61,591 nt of DNA, filler included, from Choristocarpus tenellus KU-1152 (GCA_964200185.2; 13 parts of 13 records of this genome joined end to end with filler, not necessarily neighbours in it), one strand, 5' to 3'. Positions 1 through 13,365 are shown, numbered from the whole stretch's first letter. Translations and numbers: made by a program. The notes: generated by a model from the letters alone, not told the origin.

Positions 1-2513
1 CCCCCCCCAGATACATTGAGCCCCACCAACAGGGTTTTGGGTGTAACGAAGTATTCTGATCACTTCCATGAGCTCTGTAGCAGCTACTCGTCTACTCTTT
101 TATTATTATGCACTACTTGACCTTAGGTACTTCGAAAAACGTGTGCTTTGTAACCACAGTAAATGTAAATGTATTGGTCGGTCATTTTGTCCTAAAGAAA
201 AAAAAACACACAAGTTACTCTAGTATTATTTGATGCTTGAGCACAATCAATTACTCAGTGCTGTGGGTAGTTGAGCGAGTTGCAGGAACGCAGGGGCCTA
301 GAGACAATCCCGAAACCTGAAGGATACACTCCTTGTCCGCTTCTGAGCGTCACACTTTGAAAAGTTGGAACCTAAAAATCAGCCATCTCCTGGTTAAATA
401 CTTCGGAGCACAGAGGAACATCAAACGTTCACTGAGAAGAGTTTAGCACCAATTTGCTATGCAGAGTCTAATGCATTAAAGATAGTGTTTCATAAGATTG
501 GACAGTGACGGTTTTCATTGGTCTTATCTCATTCCTACAATCCCCATGAAAACCGCTAATTCCATGTTGGTTTCAAGTAGAAGCTGTGAAGATCAGTCCC
601 AGCATGTGTCGTCTGGATTAGAGATTTGGTCATTGCGTGCATATGTCAACAAGCCCTAAGCACAGTTGAAGTACCTTCAGCTTTCCAATTACAAAAGACC
701 CAGACTGTGGTACCTCCATAAAAAATAATAAATAATAGTTCTTCTAATATAGAGTTGGAAAAGCCATCCCAAAATACAAAACAAAATTCTTGCCTAAATT
801 AGACAAGTCTCCAACGCTTCGTAACTCTGAGAGGTGTTGTCAAGAGGATCGCATGAAAAAAAGGGAGAAGGCAGATCAGGTGGAGGAATACATATGAGAG
901 GACAAATAGGAACACCGAGGGGGGTGGGGGAACTTTGAAAAAAGGAGATGAAAGCAGAGGATCACGCCTGGGGTGGGGAGGTGATAAGGGCAGGGAGGTA
1001 AGTTACCAGGATCAGGTTGATACTTCCTCTCTGGCCCTTGCCATCTCTCTCCCTAGGTTTGATCCTCAGGCTATGTCTTGCCTCTTCAAAGGTTCCCCAC
1101 CTCCTTGACGCATTTGGCTATCCTCTCATCTAAAAACTCTGCCTGGTTAGCCTTACCACTTATTCTTACCCTTCACATGAAATGACACACAGCGGCAAAG
1201 TCAAGTCCACCCTATCAATGATCGCTGCAGATCACAGCCTATTCATTACTACTACACAACACAAACTCACAAACCGTGATATATGCACTGTAAATAAGTC
1301 TACCTTATGGTTGTTTCTGTCCTCTACTCCTGAGGTATCACACCTGGTAGCAGCTGTGTGGGCACTAACAACAGCAGCATATCCAATACCAGAATAAAAA
1401 GAGACAGTCGTCCTCTGATACCTCAGTCACAACCGCCTCCCCACTGCACTACGTCCTAAAGGCGTTCACCTCAGCGTCCTTTGATCCCACGTCTATCTCC
1501 AGAGCAGGGACGGATGTATGCTGAGTGAGAGGGTCACAGACAAATGTTTGGACAAGGGAGTCCTCAGCATCCTGCACCTTCCCTTTGCTCGTCTGGTCTA
1601 TCCCTTGTTCTGCCAAAGTATTGGCATCCACATCCTCCCTGCCAGAAAAAACGTGAAAGGTTTGGGAGGTGTGTTTAATGTAGTCTACATTGTAGTTCAA
1701 GTGATTTTGGGAAAAACATTGCAGATTACCCCGTACCTTGAGTGATCACAGTACCAACAACAACTACTATGTGATCACCACCACTTGAGGAAGGTGCAGT
1801 CTAACCATAACATGGGACAAATCTTGTGATTCGAAATGGGATGATAGGAATATAATTAAGGACCATTAGATGGCATAGAAGATTATCAATTGTCTTTACT
1901 ATGGTGGGAGGGAATGTACCATGGTACCATACATGGTTCTCCCAGTGGGATTCCTCTTCGTGATACAACAATAAACTCTGTACATAATTTCCCCATGGTA
2001 CCTTGCAGCTACACCAGTTACCATTAACGCCAATCCTTTTTCCATGAAAACTGTAAAATCTTGGTCTGGAAAAAAACATTAGACGTTGCGGTAATCATGG
2101 AATGGTGAAAGAGGCCACAGACTTCATTCTACAATAGATCAGTCGATAGGTTACAGCAGTAGCAGTACAGTACGGGAAAAAAAAACAAGTGGGTTGGAGT
2201 TGAGCCAACAGAGGTCTAAAGGGGTACTGGATTTCAATAGTACAGTGGAGAACCATCACATTTCGACAGAACAATGCTGTCTATGCAACCTTTTTCACCC
2301 TTCTCACCGAGGAGAAATTACCGTGACCATGCTGTGAACACCAGTTCAAACATGACAGGGAGACCTAGGACAGAAACACATAATCCCTTCTACATGAGAG
2401 ATCCGGGAAAGCGAACAGATACTCTCATTCGAACAGCTTCCCAGCATCATTGCTGGGGAAGGAGATATACTTGAGGGTCACTTCGAGCAACAAAATAAAT
2501 ATATAAATATATA

Positions 2514-2552
<39 letters not shown>

Positions 2553-3455
2553 CTTTACAGAGTGTGGGAGGGGAGATACTACTCAGGGCGGCACTTTGTA
2601 CAGGCAGTGAGAGTAAATACCTAAGGGTGTTTCTCATCTAGACAATGTTGTGAGAACGGAATCACAAACCACCTTTGTCTTGCTTGGGCGTAAATGTCAT
2701 TCCGTGTGTAATAGTGAAAGGGGCTCCCGGTGCAAACGGAAAATAAGTGTCTGTAAAAAGTGAGGACAAGATGCTAAGCACAATCAGAGAGAGTAAATGA
2801 TAGTCTACAGTGCCTGAGGAGAGAGGACTATACAAACCACTCGGTATCAGCATGTGCCTAGCTATCCCCTTCCATCCCCCCCCAACCTCCCAAGAACACT
2901 TGCCCTGCAACTACTAACACTGCTTCCCCAGTAGACCCTGCCCAAAAGGGCAGTACCAAACACTGGGGCGAGGGACTAACACTCTACCGATGGTCCATGG
3001 AGGCATAGGCTTGTGTCGGAAGCGTCTAGGCAATCATGAAGTCGACTTGGAATACATCTCCCAGGAGAAAATGAACCTTATCTTCAGACCCATCTTCCCT
3101 CCATCTCCAGCCTAGAAGGATGCACCAGATGCTTAGTGTGACCACCACACTAGACACACAAGGAGAAGCTCGAATGGTTAGAGTGATAAAACAGGCATAC
3201 GGGCAAAGGCATCAACCAATTGGAGACATCCTCTCTGAAGAGGCTACACACGCCTCTGCCGAACTCTAGCTAGGCGGTTGGTTCACATAACAACTTTGCA
3301 ACGACACTTTCGAAAATTCACATCAGATGTGAAACGCATCTTTAATCATGCAGAGATATATAAATATATATATATATATATTTATTTATTTTTTCTGGGG
3401 GGGGGGGTCGGAAAGGAGCCTGGAGGAGGTTCACAATGCAACCACAGGTTTAAAA

Positions 3456-3555
3456 NNNNNNNNNNNNNNNNNNNNNNNNNNNNNNNNNNNNNNNNNNNNT
3501 TAATTAATTAANNNNNNNNNNNNNNNNNNNNNNNNNNNNNNNNNNNNNNNNNNNN
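3456..3555. other. Artificial contig linker N44-TTAATTAATTAA-N44 (12 copies in window)
   Basis: Identical 100-nt linkers at 3456, 7075, 11718, 20381, 23628, 26689, 32359, 43723, 47739, 51118, 54114 and 57083. The 12-mer contains stops in all six frames. Confidence 0.97.
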
Positions 3556-3620
3556 CCCTTTTTCCCCCCCCCCCCCCCCCCCCCCCCCACCACACACACA
3601 CACACGTACACCAAACACAC

Positions 3621-4239
3621 CTCCAGGTGACCAGACTCCCTCAAGGCATTCCCGAGGTTGTTGTAGGCATCAGGAAAGTTTGGCTCGAGCTGGATGGCAT
3701 AACGAAAGGTTCGGATCGCCAGGTTCATCTGCCTGCTCACAAAAAAAATAAAGAGAGTTGAAGTTGACTACAGAAGTACAGCATTGATACAAAGCGGTTA
3801 GAGATAGGGCTAGGGTTTTGGCAGTTTCAGGCTTCCAAAAGTCACAATCAGACCTAGGAAACACAAGAGGAACGGTTCGTAGTCTACAGCTCTCACCGTA
3901 GGTCATAGTAGCAGCTAGCCAGGTTTCCGTAGGCGATTGCAAAGTCTGGGCGAAGTTTGATGGCAGTTTGGTAGCAGGTCATTGCATCCTGAATCAAACC
4001 TTGCTCCTAAGGGTTGGGGCATGGGAGTAGGGCGGGGAAGGAAGTGGGCTGATCAATAAAAAGGAAATCAAAACTCACACACAAAAAGGTACACAAAATA
4101 AGATAGAACAGCATCACCTGTTCCCACCCCAGTATCGTATTACCACCTGACTACTTTCAGTCTCCCACCCCTTGCCTCCCTTACATGTCAAAAAAAACAA
4201 CAAGACTCTTACCACAGATACACAAATCTAGTACCTCAT

Positions 4240-4270
<31 letters not shown>

Positions 4271-6571
4271 CACACTCACACACACACTACAGTCATGCTC
4301 GTCACAAAGCTTGTTGCACCACTGCCTTGATTCACACAACTGTGTTGGAGGAACCCCATGACCTATCCACCAATGCAATGACGAGCGCCAATCATGACAG
4401 CAGCGACGTGACATCTCACTACACTCCCCGCACAAAAAATCTATCACAAAATTTCACTACACCTTCCTCACCTTGAGAGCATTCCCTAAATTGCTGTGGG
4501 CGTCTGCAAACCCAGGGCAAAGTCGGATGGCCTCTCTGTAGTATGCAACCGATGTCGTCAGATTTCCCTGCGGTGCACAAGGAACAGGAGAGGGTCAGCT
4601 GGACTGGTTTAAGGAAAGGGATGGGTGTACATGGGAGTTTGACCCATAGAGGGAAGAAGGATGGGGACAGAGGGGCTGGGGAGATGAGACTGTAGTACAT
4701 ATGCCTTGGAGAAAGGAGAGCTAACCGTACTAGGAAGAAAAAGGTTATTTATTACAGAACTGCTGTGGTTGAGAGGTCCTTACGGCACCCCCATGCTCTT
4801 AGCTTTGCAGTCTAGCGGCTCAGCTCCCAATGTTGAAGTAGCCATATGCACTGACACACTTATCTGTGGTCGATGTCGACGGTATTTCAAAGCTATAGTG
4901 CGTACTCCTGGAATCTACATTAATTTCTTCAAAAAGAAGGTAGTGTGTCCAAGGTTGGTATCCACAGTAAAATTCTTCTTCAAGGTGCTAGTATATTAGA
5001 TCACACTCCTAATACCACAGTGATGTAGAAAGAACAAAATGTTCTTGTGGAGAGGACTTGCTCTAGGTGTGAAAGACACTTTAGTAAGCAAAAACGGGAG
5101 GTCAAAATAAAAATCAATTTTGGTTGAACCATCCCTTGTCTGCGATTTCACTGCACAAATTGTATCATAAAAACGATCTGAGCATCTACCATCTTTGTGC
5201 AACCAAGTGATTCCCACCTAAAGAAGACTCTTCTCAGCACTACAGCAGATGTTCACACAGCTACAGCATCATCAGCATATATATATGGGTGCATGTTTGT
5301 GTATAAACTGGATGCACTATGAAGGAGGGAAAGAGAGATCTATCTCACCTCCTCCTTAAAAATGCCTGCCAAATTGCTCCAGGCAATGGGAAAATCCGGC
5401 TTGATCCGGATGGCCTCAAGGTAACAACGCTTTGCTTCCTCTGGCATGCCCTGTGCCTACTTCCCTCAAACGTGGCAGCATGACATTGACAAGAACCGAA
5501 AAATCACACACCCAGGGTAAAAATAAAATTTAAAACAGCCATGTATAAATTCAAAAAAGGAACAAAAAAAGCACAGGTTTTGTTAGAGATAAGTGGGCCG
5601 CTTTATTCAAAAATGGTAAAGTAGTAGGAGAAATGGTGGGGTTGTTAGTTGTTCCTGCCATTGTCCTTTGTCTCACTCTTCCACCAAAATCTGCTCCATA
5701 GTCATTGATAGGCACAAGGGAACAATTCAGTTCACGATGCTATAAATACCGCTTGACTTGACTCTCCCTCTCTCCCCCCCCCCCCCCCCCCCCCCCCCTC
5801 AAAACAAAAAACTAAAAAAAAAAAACACCCCACAAAACTTATAAAACAAAAAAAAGGGTTTTCTCTTTTCNNNNNNNNGATGCTATAAATACCGCTTGAC
5901 TTGACTCTCCCTCTCTCCCCCCCCTCCCCCCCACCCATTTGAAACGAAAGATCCTAGAAGACTACACTCAGCTGAAGCTGATATATCACAGTAAGGGGTT
6001 TCCTCTCTTGACCCACCAACTGAAAAGTGGGCACTTAGAGGGCAGTGCAATAGTTAGTTGAACTTCTTCCACTTCAACCACTTCCTATCACTTGTCAAAT
6101 GTACTTCAGGCATTCATACCACCTCACCAACCAAAACCACCAGACCTAATTCGTGGAAAGTCTTCCTCTGTGCTAGAAATAGCACCACATCTCACAAAAG
6201 AATAGTTGACTCTTTCAGAAAGAAGCAAGAGAGTTTCAACGGGGGATGGATGCTCACACGATCAACAATCAAAAGTCCTACATCAACTATGTCTGCACCT
6301 CAGTGACTCAAAATGCTCAAAACCAAGTCACATTTGAATCAAGATAGTCTCACTACCCCTAACCCTAACCCACAGACCAATAATTCTCTCTTGAGTTCTA
6401 CACATAACCCTAACCTCAGAACTTACCCTACTTCGAATACTGTCTCATATAAGAAATTGACAAAACCACTCTTTGAAGAGAGGCGGGAGGTGGATGGACA
6501 GAACCTACCTTGTACAGATTCCCAAGGTTGCTGTGGGCATCGACCAAGCCATGATTCAGTACCAGTGCCAT
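3621..6571 (-). CDS. OGT: O-GlcNAc transferase (OGT/SEC-like), TPR region, partial; 5 exons
   Basis: Minus-strand exons 6571-6509, 5456-5349, 4567-4472, 4006-3897 and 3732-3621, all with GT-AG borders and compatible phases. They splice to [163 protein letters not shown], the consecutive TPR units typical of OGT/SECRET AGENT. The catalytic domain is not in this contig. Confidence 0.88.
4239..4287. repeat. (CA)n microsatellite in OGT intron
   Basis: Direct inspection. Other dinucleotide runs are (TA)n at ~2500-2551 and 24442-24475. Confidence 0.9.
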
Positions 6572-7325
6572 CTGATCCACAGACAGCGAGGTCATCAAAA
6601 ACAACAGGTAAACAAGAGCAAAAGAATATTTTTTTTTAAGACCCAACAAGAGCATACCAAGAGAGAGTCGAGGGATCAGGGGAGAGAGACTAACAGCACG
6701 AGAAAGCAGGAAGAGGTCTTTCATGTTTCGTGCAACATATTCTACACTCCTGAAGGAATATTACAGTATTGTGTACAGAAGCCACTTCACAGCTAGCGAA
6801 TGGGACTGTTGCCATTTACCTCGTGGATCACTTCAGTACCCTTCACTTCACAAATTGAAGCACAAGTGTATTTGAAGGGACTTGTACCGAACACCAGCAA
6901 CACATTAATACCTCACCAGCAAAATATTATCAAGGCTTGTTCTCATAATGTCGTATATGGACTATTCAAGTTGGGCACTCCCACCAAACCAAAATCTATC
7001 TCCTTCACAACCAAAACATCTACTCCAACACACTTGACCGAATCAACTCACATAACAACATTGTAGTCCCCCCCNNNNNNNNNNNNNNNNNNNNNNNNNN
7101 NNNNNNNNNNNNNNNNNNTTAATTAATTAANNNNNNNNNNNNNNNNNNNNNNNNNNNNNNNNNNNNNNNNNNNNAGGGGGCGACGCAGGCGACAAAAGCC
7201 ACCCCCTTGCTGTGGAAGCAACTGTCATGGTGTTTTCGGGCAACAGGCGATCTTGGGCAGTGAGAAGGTCTACGAGTGATTAGATTCGAAGGCGGGCGCG
7301 TATGAACTTTGTTTGAGCTCCGGGT

Positions 7326-8145
7326 GATCCGTGAGACCACCCTGAGATCCATGATCCGGAAAATCCGTGCATTACGGTTTTCGGAAGTTGTAAATCCGAT
7401 TATATCCATACTTACATTTTTTTTATATACAAAGCACATACTTCATTGATCTTGTACGTTTCCAATGTTCCGAAGCCAAAAGGTAAAAAAAAACTGGCAC
7501 CCTCTAATTGTTTTAAGTACAAAATCTTAATTTGTTGGACATTTGCATTCTTAACAATACTAGAGATGACAAAAAGCGGTTCTTGAGTTTCGGTGATCCG
7601 ATCGGATCGCCTAAACCCTTGAACACCCAAAACACGTGCATAAGGATTTTTAGAAATAGTAAATCCAGTAATAACCGTTCTTACAATTTTTGAAAATACA
7701 AAGCATGCACTTTATGGGTCTCACACGTTTCCAATTTTCAGAAACTAAAAGGTCCCTTCAACTGGTACCCTACAATTTACTTAAATACTAAAACCGCTTT
7801 TCGGCGCCTTTAGTATTCTTAAAAATACTAGAGACGAAAAAAGCGGATCTAGAGTTTTAAAGATCCGATCGGATCGCCTAAACCCTTGAAGACCCAAAAC
7901 ACGTGCGTTAAGGTTTTTACGAAATAATAATAATAATATTCTAATCTTTACATCAACAAATAAAAATACAACCCACATACTTCATTGGTCCACTACGTTT
8001 GAAAGGTACGAAACAAAAAGGTCACAAAAAACTGTTACTCTCTGTCTCTTTTCAGTATGAAATCGTATGCTGTTCGAGATTCATATTTTTTTTAACACAA
8101 TTGTCAACGGAAAGAGAAATCTGAGTTTTGAGGACCGACCGACCA
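7326..8145. repeat. Diverged tandem repeat, ~268-bp unit, ~3 copies, with palindrome GATCCGATCGGATC
   Basis: Equivalent positions recur at ~7326, 7595, 7862 and ~8133. GATCCGATCGGATCGCCTAAACCCTTGAA-x-ACCCAAAACACGTGC occurs at 7595 and 7862. The CATACTTCATTG...ACGTTT...AAAAGGT...AACTG block occurs three times. Confidence 0.8.
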
Positions 8146-8261
8146 GATGAAATAAAGCAGCACCTCCCATCCCTCAGTCCTGATTTCAATTCATTCCCTT
8201 CCGTACATACCATGCGCACCTATTATTTATCGATCCCCGTCACACCCTCCCAATCTTCACC

Positions 8262-11200
8262 ATGTCCAGCATTCGCTCAACAACAACCCACACACCCGCC
8301 GATGTTGCTGCCCACGGATCGAGAACGTGGTACAGCAATCTGAAGGGCATGTCCTCGCTCCTAGAACATCACTACCTTGGCACGTACCAGATGAAACTCG
8401 GCAACATCACATGCACGGAGATGGTGCGTCCACTGAGCGAGCGTGATCTTGCGCGCATCAGCAAGTCTATCCACGAGAAAGGCTGGCTGGAGCAGTTTGC
8501 TCTGTCTGTCGTAATCCAACGAGACTGCTTAGGAAACCGGGACCAGCTCACCGCCGAAACTATGCTTGCCATTCAAGGACGAACACTGGACGGAAACCAT
8601 AGAATAATGGTGCTGAAGAGAGAGTTTGATCCCAAATGCGCTTTCATGATGCGGATCTACATGGAGTTCAACCAAGCAGAAGAGAGGTTAATTGCCAACG
8701 GTGGGTGATGGAGTGTTGTCGTTGTTCCATGATCGCCTGACTCTTCCAATCAACTAAGCAACAAAGTAAGTTGAGTGTTGTTGTTGTTCCATGATCGCCT
8801 GATGATTCTTCTGATGTACAAAGTTGTTGCCGAGTTTCCTTTGTTTGGTTCATCGTCAGTCAGCCCATTGATTATCTTTTCGTTGTTGATCTTTTTTATC
8901 CCTCGTGGTCTTTCTGTCAACAGCAATATGTCGTTCACTACTGCCTGCCGCGTGTGTCCCGCGACCGCTTCCCACCTACCCCTTTTCCCATTCACCCACT
9001 GCACCGCCACGCTTATAGCATTCAATGATGCGACCGAGAGTGTGGTTGAGCGCACGCTGTACGATAAGGTATATTTTCAGCTCGAGCTCGAAGAAGCTAT
9101 CAAGCGACAGACAAAGAAAAAAGAAGTGTCACTAGCAGAGATCCGCAAAATGTACAAAAAGGTGAGGGAGTTGTCAATGTTGGTGGGATGGTGGCGCTCT
9201 ACTCCTCCTCTAGTTGGGTTACAGCTTTTGTGAAATCTCTCTGTTTCCTGCTGTTCAACCTAAGTTGAGATAGTTATCCCGCGTTTAGGAACCCTGTCAA
9301 CCAACTTATTGATTTTCGGTTGACCATGTAGTATGTATGTGTGGTTAACCACAGACGAACAATAAAAAGCGTCCTTGTTTGTTTTATCGACGGTGTTGCC
9401 TGAAACCCCCCCCCCCACTCATACATACCCTGTTGACGTGGTAGTAACGATGCCTCATCCTGGCTGACTGGGTGCATCATATTTTCCGTTTTCTGCCCAT
9501 CGCGAAGGTGGGTGTTCCTCCCCTGGCGAAAACAACTCTACGAAACTGGCAGCAAGGCGTAAAGTCTCTTCGACCAGAGTCCTTCGAGGTACTGAAGGAA
9601 GTGTGTGAGACCTCGTCACCACAGATCGACCACAACGCAGTCACACTGAACTATCTGAGTCGCGAGGAGTTTGTCGGCTTGTTCACTAGGCAAGTCAAAC
9701 CGCTGCTGTGTTTTATCATATAGACAGCAGTAAGCGCAATGTGTGCAGGTCGCAGCACATTGCACAGGAACGTTTAATAAGTGTCTCCTACGATGAAGAA
9801 TGTAGTTGGCCATTGTTATGTCGAACGAAGAACCCTTCGTAGTATTGTGGAAATTCTACCTGAGTGTGTGTTTCCTGTGTATGTGCGCTCTTGTCTTTTC
9901 TGAACTACGACAATCGTTCCATGAATATTTTCTGCAGTGGCGACCCTTTCGTCATCATTACCTGCGCATCATTCTTGTTGACGTCCTTCATGGCCATTCT
10001 CTTTTTGTAGGTACAAGTCGTTCAACGGGAAGGTAGGTTCCTACGGCGAGGGACTACAAGGACATCGAATCGGACGCGCACATGTCTGAGATGCTCGTCT
10101 CGCACACCAGGCAGATTGTACCCAAGGAGAAGTGGACACCAGAGCTCCAAAGGTTGGTAAATGGTGTAGTTGCAGCGGTTATCTTTTTTTGCCTTTTCCG
10201 TATCTCCTGTGCACCCATACGTCACCATGCGCCCCTCAATTGTAAAATATACTGTCAGCGTCTTTTTCGGCACTGCACTTACTGATTGTTGCAAAACTGC
10301 TCTGAATTTCAGACGTTACGTGAATGATGCACGGGCTGCCAGGGAAATGAAAAGGCTTGCATATGAGAAGTGCAATATGCACAAGGTCTGGGTCAAGTCC
10401 CACCATGAGGAGAGGAAGAGGGAGGTGGCCCAACTTCTGCGGAAGGTTTCATCTGGTGACCAACAAGCGGGGCCCGTCCGGCAGATGAGGGCAAACATCT
10501 CGACTGTAGTCGAAATGAAACCTCCACAACGGGTCAGAGCCGTGAGTGTGCCTCCTGTGTTCGTGATTACATTTGTGCTGGCTTGTACAAAAACAAATAG
10601 TTGACGCTTGGTAGGATTGGTGATGGGTCTTCGTCATCATCATGAGCGACAGAGTTACCTTCCCTACAACAAACGATGCTGTTTTGTCAGATCTAGTCTT
10701 TCGTTACTAATAGCGGGAATAGCCAATCGTTTCCTTCAACTCTAGGCAACGATCTTGGTCAATCTCGACCTCGTTTTTGCCTCCAACACGTGTCACTGTC
10801 GTAACCTACAGACAGGCTGGCATCCTCGACATTGACTTCTTTCAAACTATTTCGCCCCGCAAGCCAACTCCAATAAACACGTTCATCACGTCAACCGTAT
10901 CGTTTGCTCTGTTCGATTGACATGCTATCGTTCTTCCATTACACTCTCCCATTTTTGGCGTCACCATTGATTGTCCCCTCCTCTCCTCAACAACGTCCTC
11001 CGCCGTGTCCGCCACCAGATTCTCCAGAAGGATTCGACTCTACGCGCTTACCTCACCACCTGGGATGGGAAATACCAGGATGTCCTCAACCAGCTCAACC
11101 TCCACCAGGTTCACAGCGGGCGGGGCTGTGATGGCGGCGGCGCAAATGTCAAGAGCAACAACGGATTGGCATCAGATGGCCGTGAGAAACAAGACAAGAG

Positions 11201-11416
11201 AGGGTACGAACACAAAGGAAGGGACGGAGACGAGGGAGGGGACGAACACAAAGGAGGGGAAGAAGACGAGGGAGGGGACAGACTGCCAGACAGGGAGGAT
11301 ACGGGCAAAGGGGATTCTGTCCGCAGCGTTCCTGGTGCGGAAGAAGAACAAAACGGTCATGGAGGGTGGAACACGGACGTTTGCTGTACTGAATGCAATC
11401 CTCCGCCTACGTCTCG
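8262..11416 (+). CDS. Spliced gene for a ParB/Sulfiredoxin-like domain protein with putative HTH; 3' incomplete, possibly frameshifted
   Basis: Predicted exons 8262-8700, 9019-9161, 9508-9689 (GC donor), 10011-10152, 10313-10445 and 11019-11416. Exon 1 encodes VRPLSERDLARISKSIHEKGWLEQFALSVV...TLDGNHRIMVL, a ParB/Srx-type 'R..L..L..SI...G' helix plus the DGxHR motif. Exons 2-3 give SLAEIRKMYKKVGVPPLAKTTLRNW (HTH-like). Exon 4 has one base too many under the simplest splice model. Confidence 0.6.
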
Positions 11417-11586
11417 GTGAGTAATGTAGTTATATAACGGTGCACACGGGGATGGTGGGTAATTAATGGCGTAAGATTGGTTTCCATCCAATCCCCCCAA
11501 TGGCTAACTAGGTTGTCTCTTTTCGGCGGTGCACGCCATTTAACCGGTGGATCTTGCAGGGCCCCTCTGTGTGTGGCGCTACGGTC

Positions 11587-11717
11587 GAGCCAAAGTATCT
11601 TAGAGGGTAGAGCCGCGTCCATTAGGGGGCCACAATCCAATGGTGTGATTTTGGTTTATTTTTGGCTATCGTGTTTGTTAGGAAGTGTCGATATCCTTGA
11701 CCCTCACACACGTTTTC
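11587..11717 (+). mobile_element. MITE family A, partial (truncated by gap)
   Basis: Begins GAGCCAAAGTATCTTAGAGGGTAGAGCCGCGTCCATT, the same end as the copies at 13366 and 34956. Confidence 0.75.
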
Positions 11718-13365
11718 NNNNNNNNNNNNNNNNNNNNNNNNNNNNNNNNNNNNNNNNNNNNTTAATTAATTAANNNNNNNNNNNNNNNNNNNNNNNNNNN
11801 NNNNNNNNNNNNNNNNNCTGGGGCCAGGTCGGGGGGGTCAGCAGTAGACTGTGTTGGAGAGTACGAGGTGAAGAAGAGTCTGCCTTGGATGGATGCGTCA
11901 CAGTGTTTTGTTTTTTGTGACTGGGAGCGGCTGGGGGGATCGGTGAACAATAACTGGTGTGAACTGCTAGAGCTACTGAGGAAGGAAATGCCGGTGTATT
12001 GGCTGCCATGTCCTCTGGTGGTCCCAAGTTTGATCCCTGGTGGAAGGTGTATAGAGATGTGAGGTCAGAAAACAGAGGGAGGTGATTGCCTGCGAGCTTG
12101 CGAGCTAGCGGCAATCACAGTTGGCCCTGGTTTTAGGGAGGAGGTTTTAGAGCATTTGCAAGAGCAGGCGGTTCTGAGGAGTGGACAAAGGGGGGACAGA
12201 GAAGATGGTTCTTTGTAGGGATGGTAACCTCTATCACTAGCACAACTATCACTATCACAACAGTGTGCAGGTTGGTTCGGTTCGCAGATGTATGATGCTC
12301 TTATGTCAGGTACCATAGTTGTGTGAGGTAAGCACATCTGTGCATTGTAGATGGTCAGACCATTGGTGTGATGGTCTCCTGTTGGTGCTTTATTCCTTTT
12401 TTGTTGTGAAAATCATGTTGATTGTGTAGGTCTTTCATGGGGGGGGGGGGGGGGGGCGTTGTTTCAGATGTGGGGTTTTCCTAGCCTTTGTGTGGTTTTT
12501 ATTTTGTTTGATTGTGTATAATGCTTGACCAAGCGAGGTCGTGGACTTCCTACAAGAAATGTGAATGCTTCTTCTCTTTACTTTTCAGGTGCTCTGCCGA
12601 GGGTGTGGGTGTGGGTATATATATTTGTGTTAAAAGTTACTGTTGTTGGAATTTTTAGATTACGATACTTTGGTCCTCAGGTCAAAATGTTATCCTTCGT
12701 AACGCCCCATTCCAATGAGGAGTTCCAATGTAAGCAGCTTTCTTTACGGGGTTTGTGATTTTGATGCAATCGGTGTGTATTCAGTGCATCATCACTTTGC
12801 TGCTTTTTTGGAAAAGGAGTTGTCAAGTGAGAAATCAACCAAGGAAGAAACTACTTGGTATGCAGATGGTGTGGATCAAGAATGACTCACGCCTTTGCTT
12901 GAAGTGTTTAGGTATTGATAATGGTATGTTTTATAGTGTTTCCGTTGGGGAAATGCAATAACAGAAGAGTTGTATTAGAATTTATATCTTCACCTGCTTT
13001 CAATATTATTGGACTGACGTACAAGGGGTGAAAAGGGATGCTCTCACCGTACACGAGATCTTCAAGAAAAAAGAATTTTCTTGTCGCATCACATTTGTTT
13101 TGCTGGGTGGCTGAAGACCTACATAATCATCACTACCAATATATATATTAAACGGAATGTGACTCTGAATTTCTTTTCCTCTGAGCTCTAATATTGTGTG
13201 CACCATTCCACAATTGCGGCAAGAAGCTTGAGGTGGACAGTGCTGGACCCTCCCAAGCATGCAAAAAACATTTTACCGATTTTTTACCTGCCTTGTACTG
13301 TCCACTTCACCCAGAGACATGCTACTGTACGTTTTGCCTTGCAGTTGTATCACGCATTAAGCTCA

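Noticed and set aside
990-3130. Exon-like minus-strand segments in the first contig (e.g. ORF 1449-1700)
   Set aside because: They could not be joined into a consistent frame, several contain stops and no family motif was recognised.
5735-5935. Direct duplication flanking a short N gap (also 25210-25375)
   Set aside because: The same sequence is repeated on both sides of a small gap next to poly-C runs, which is typical of scaffolding overlap artefacts.
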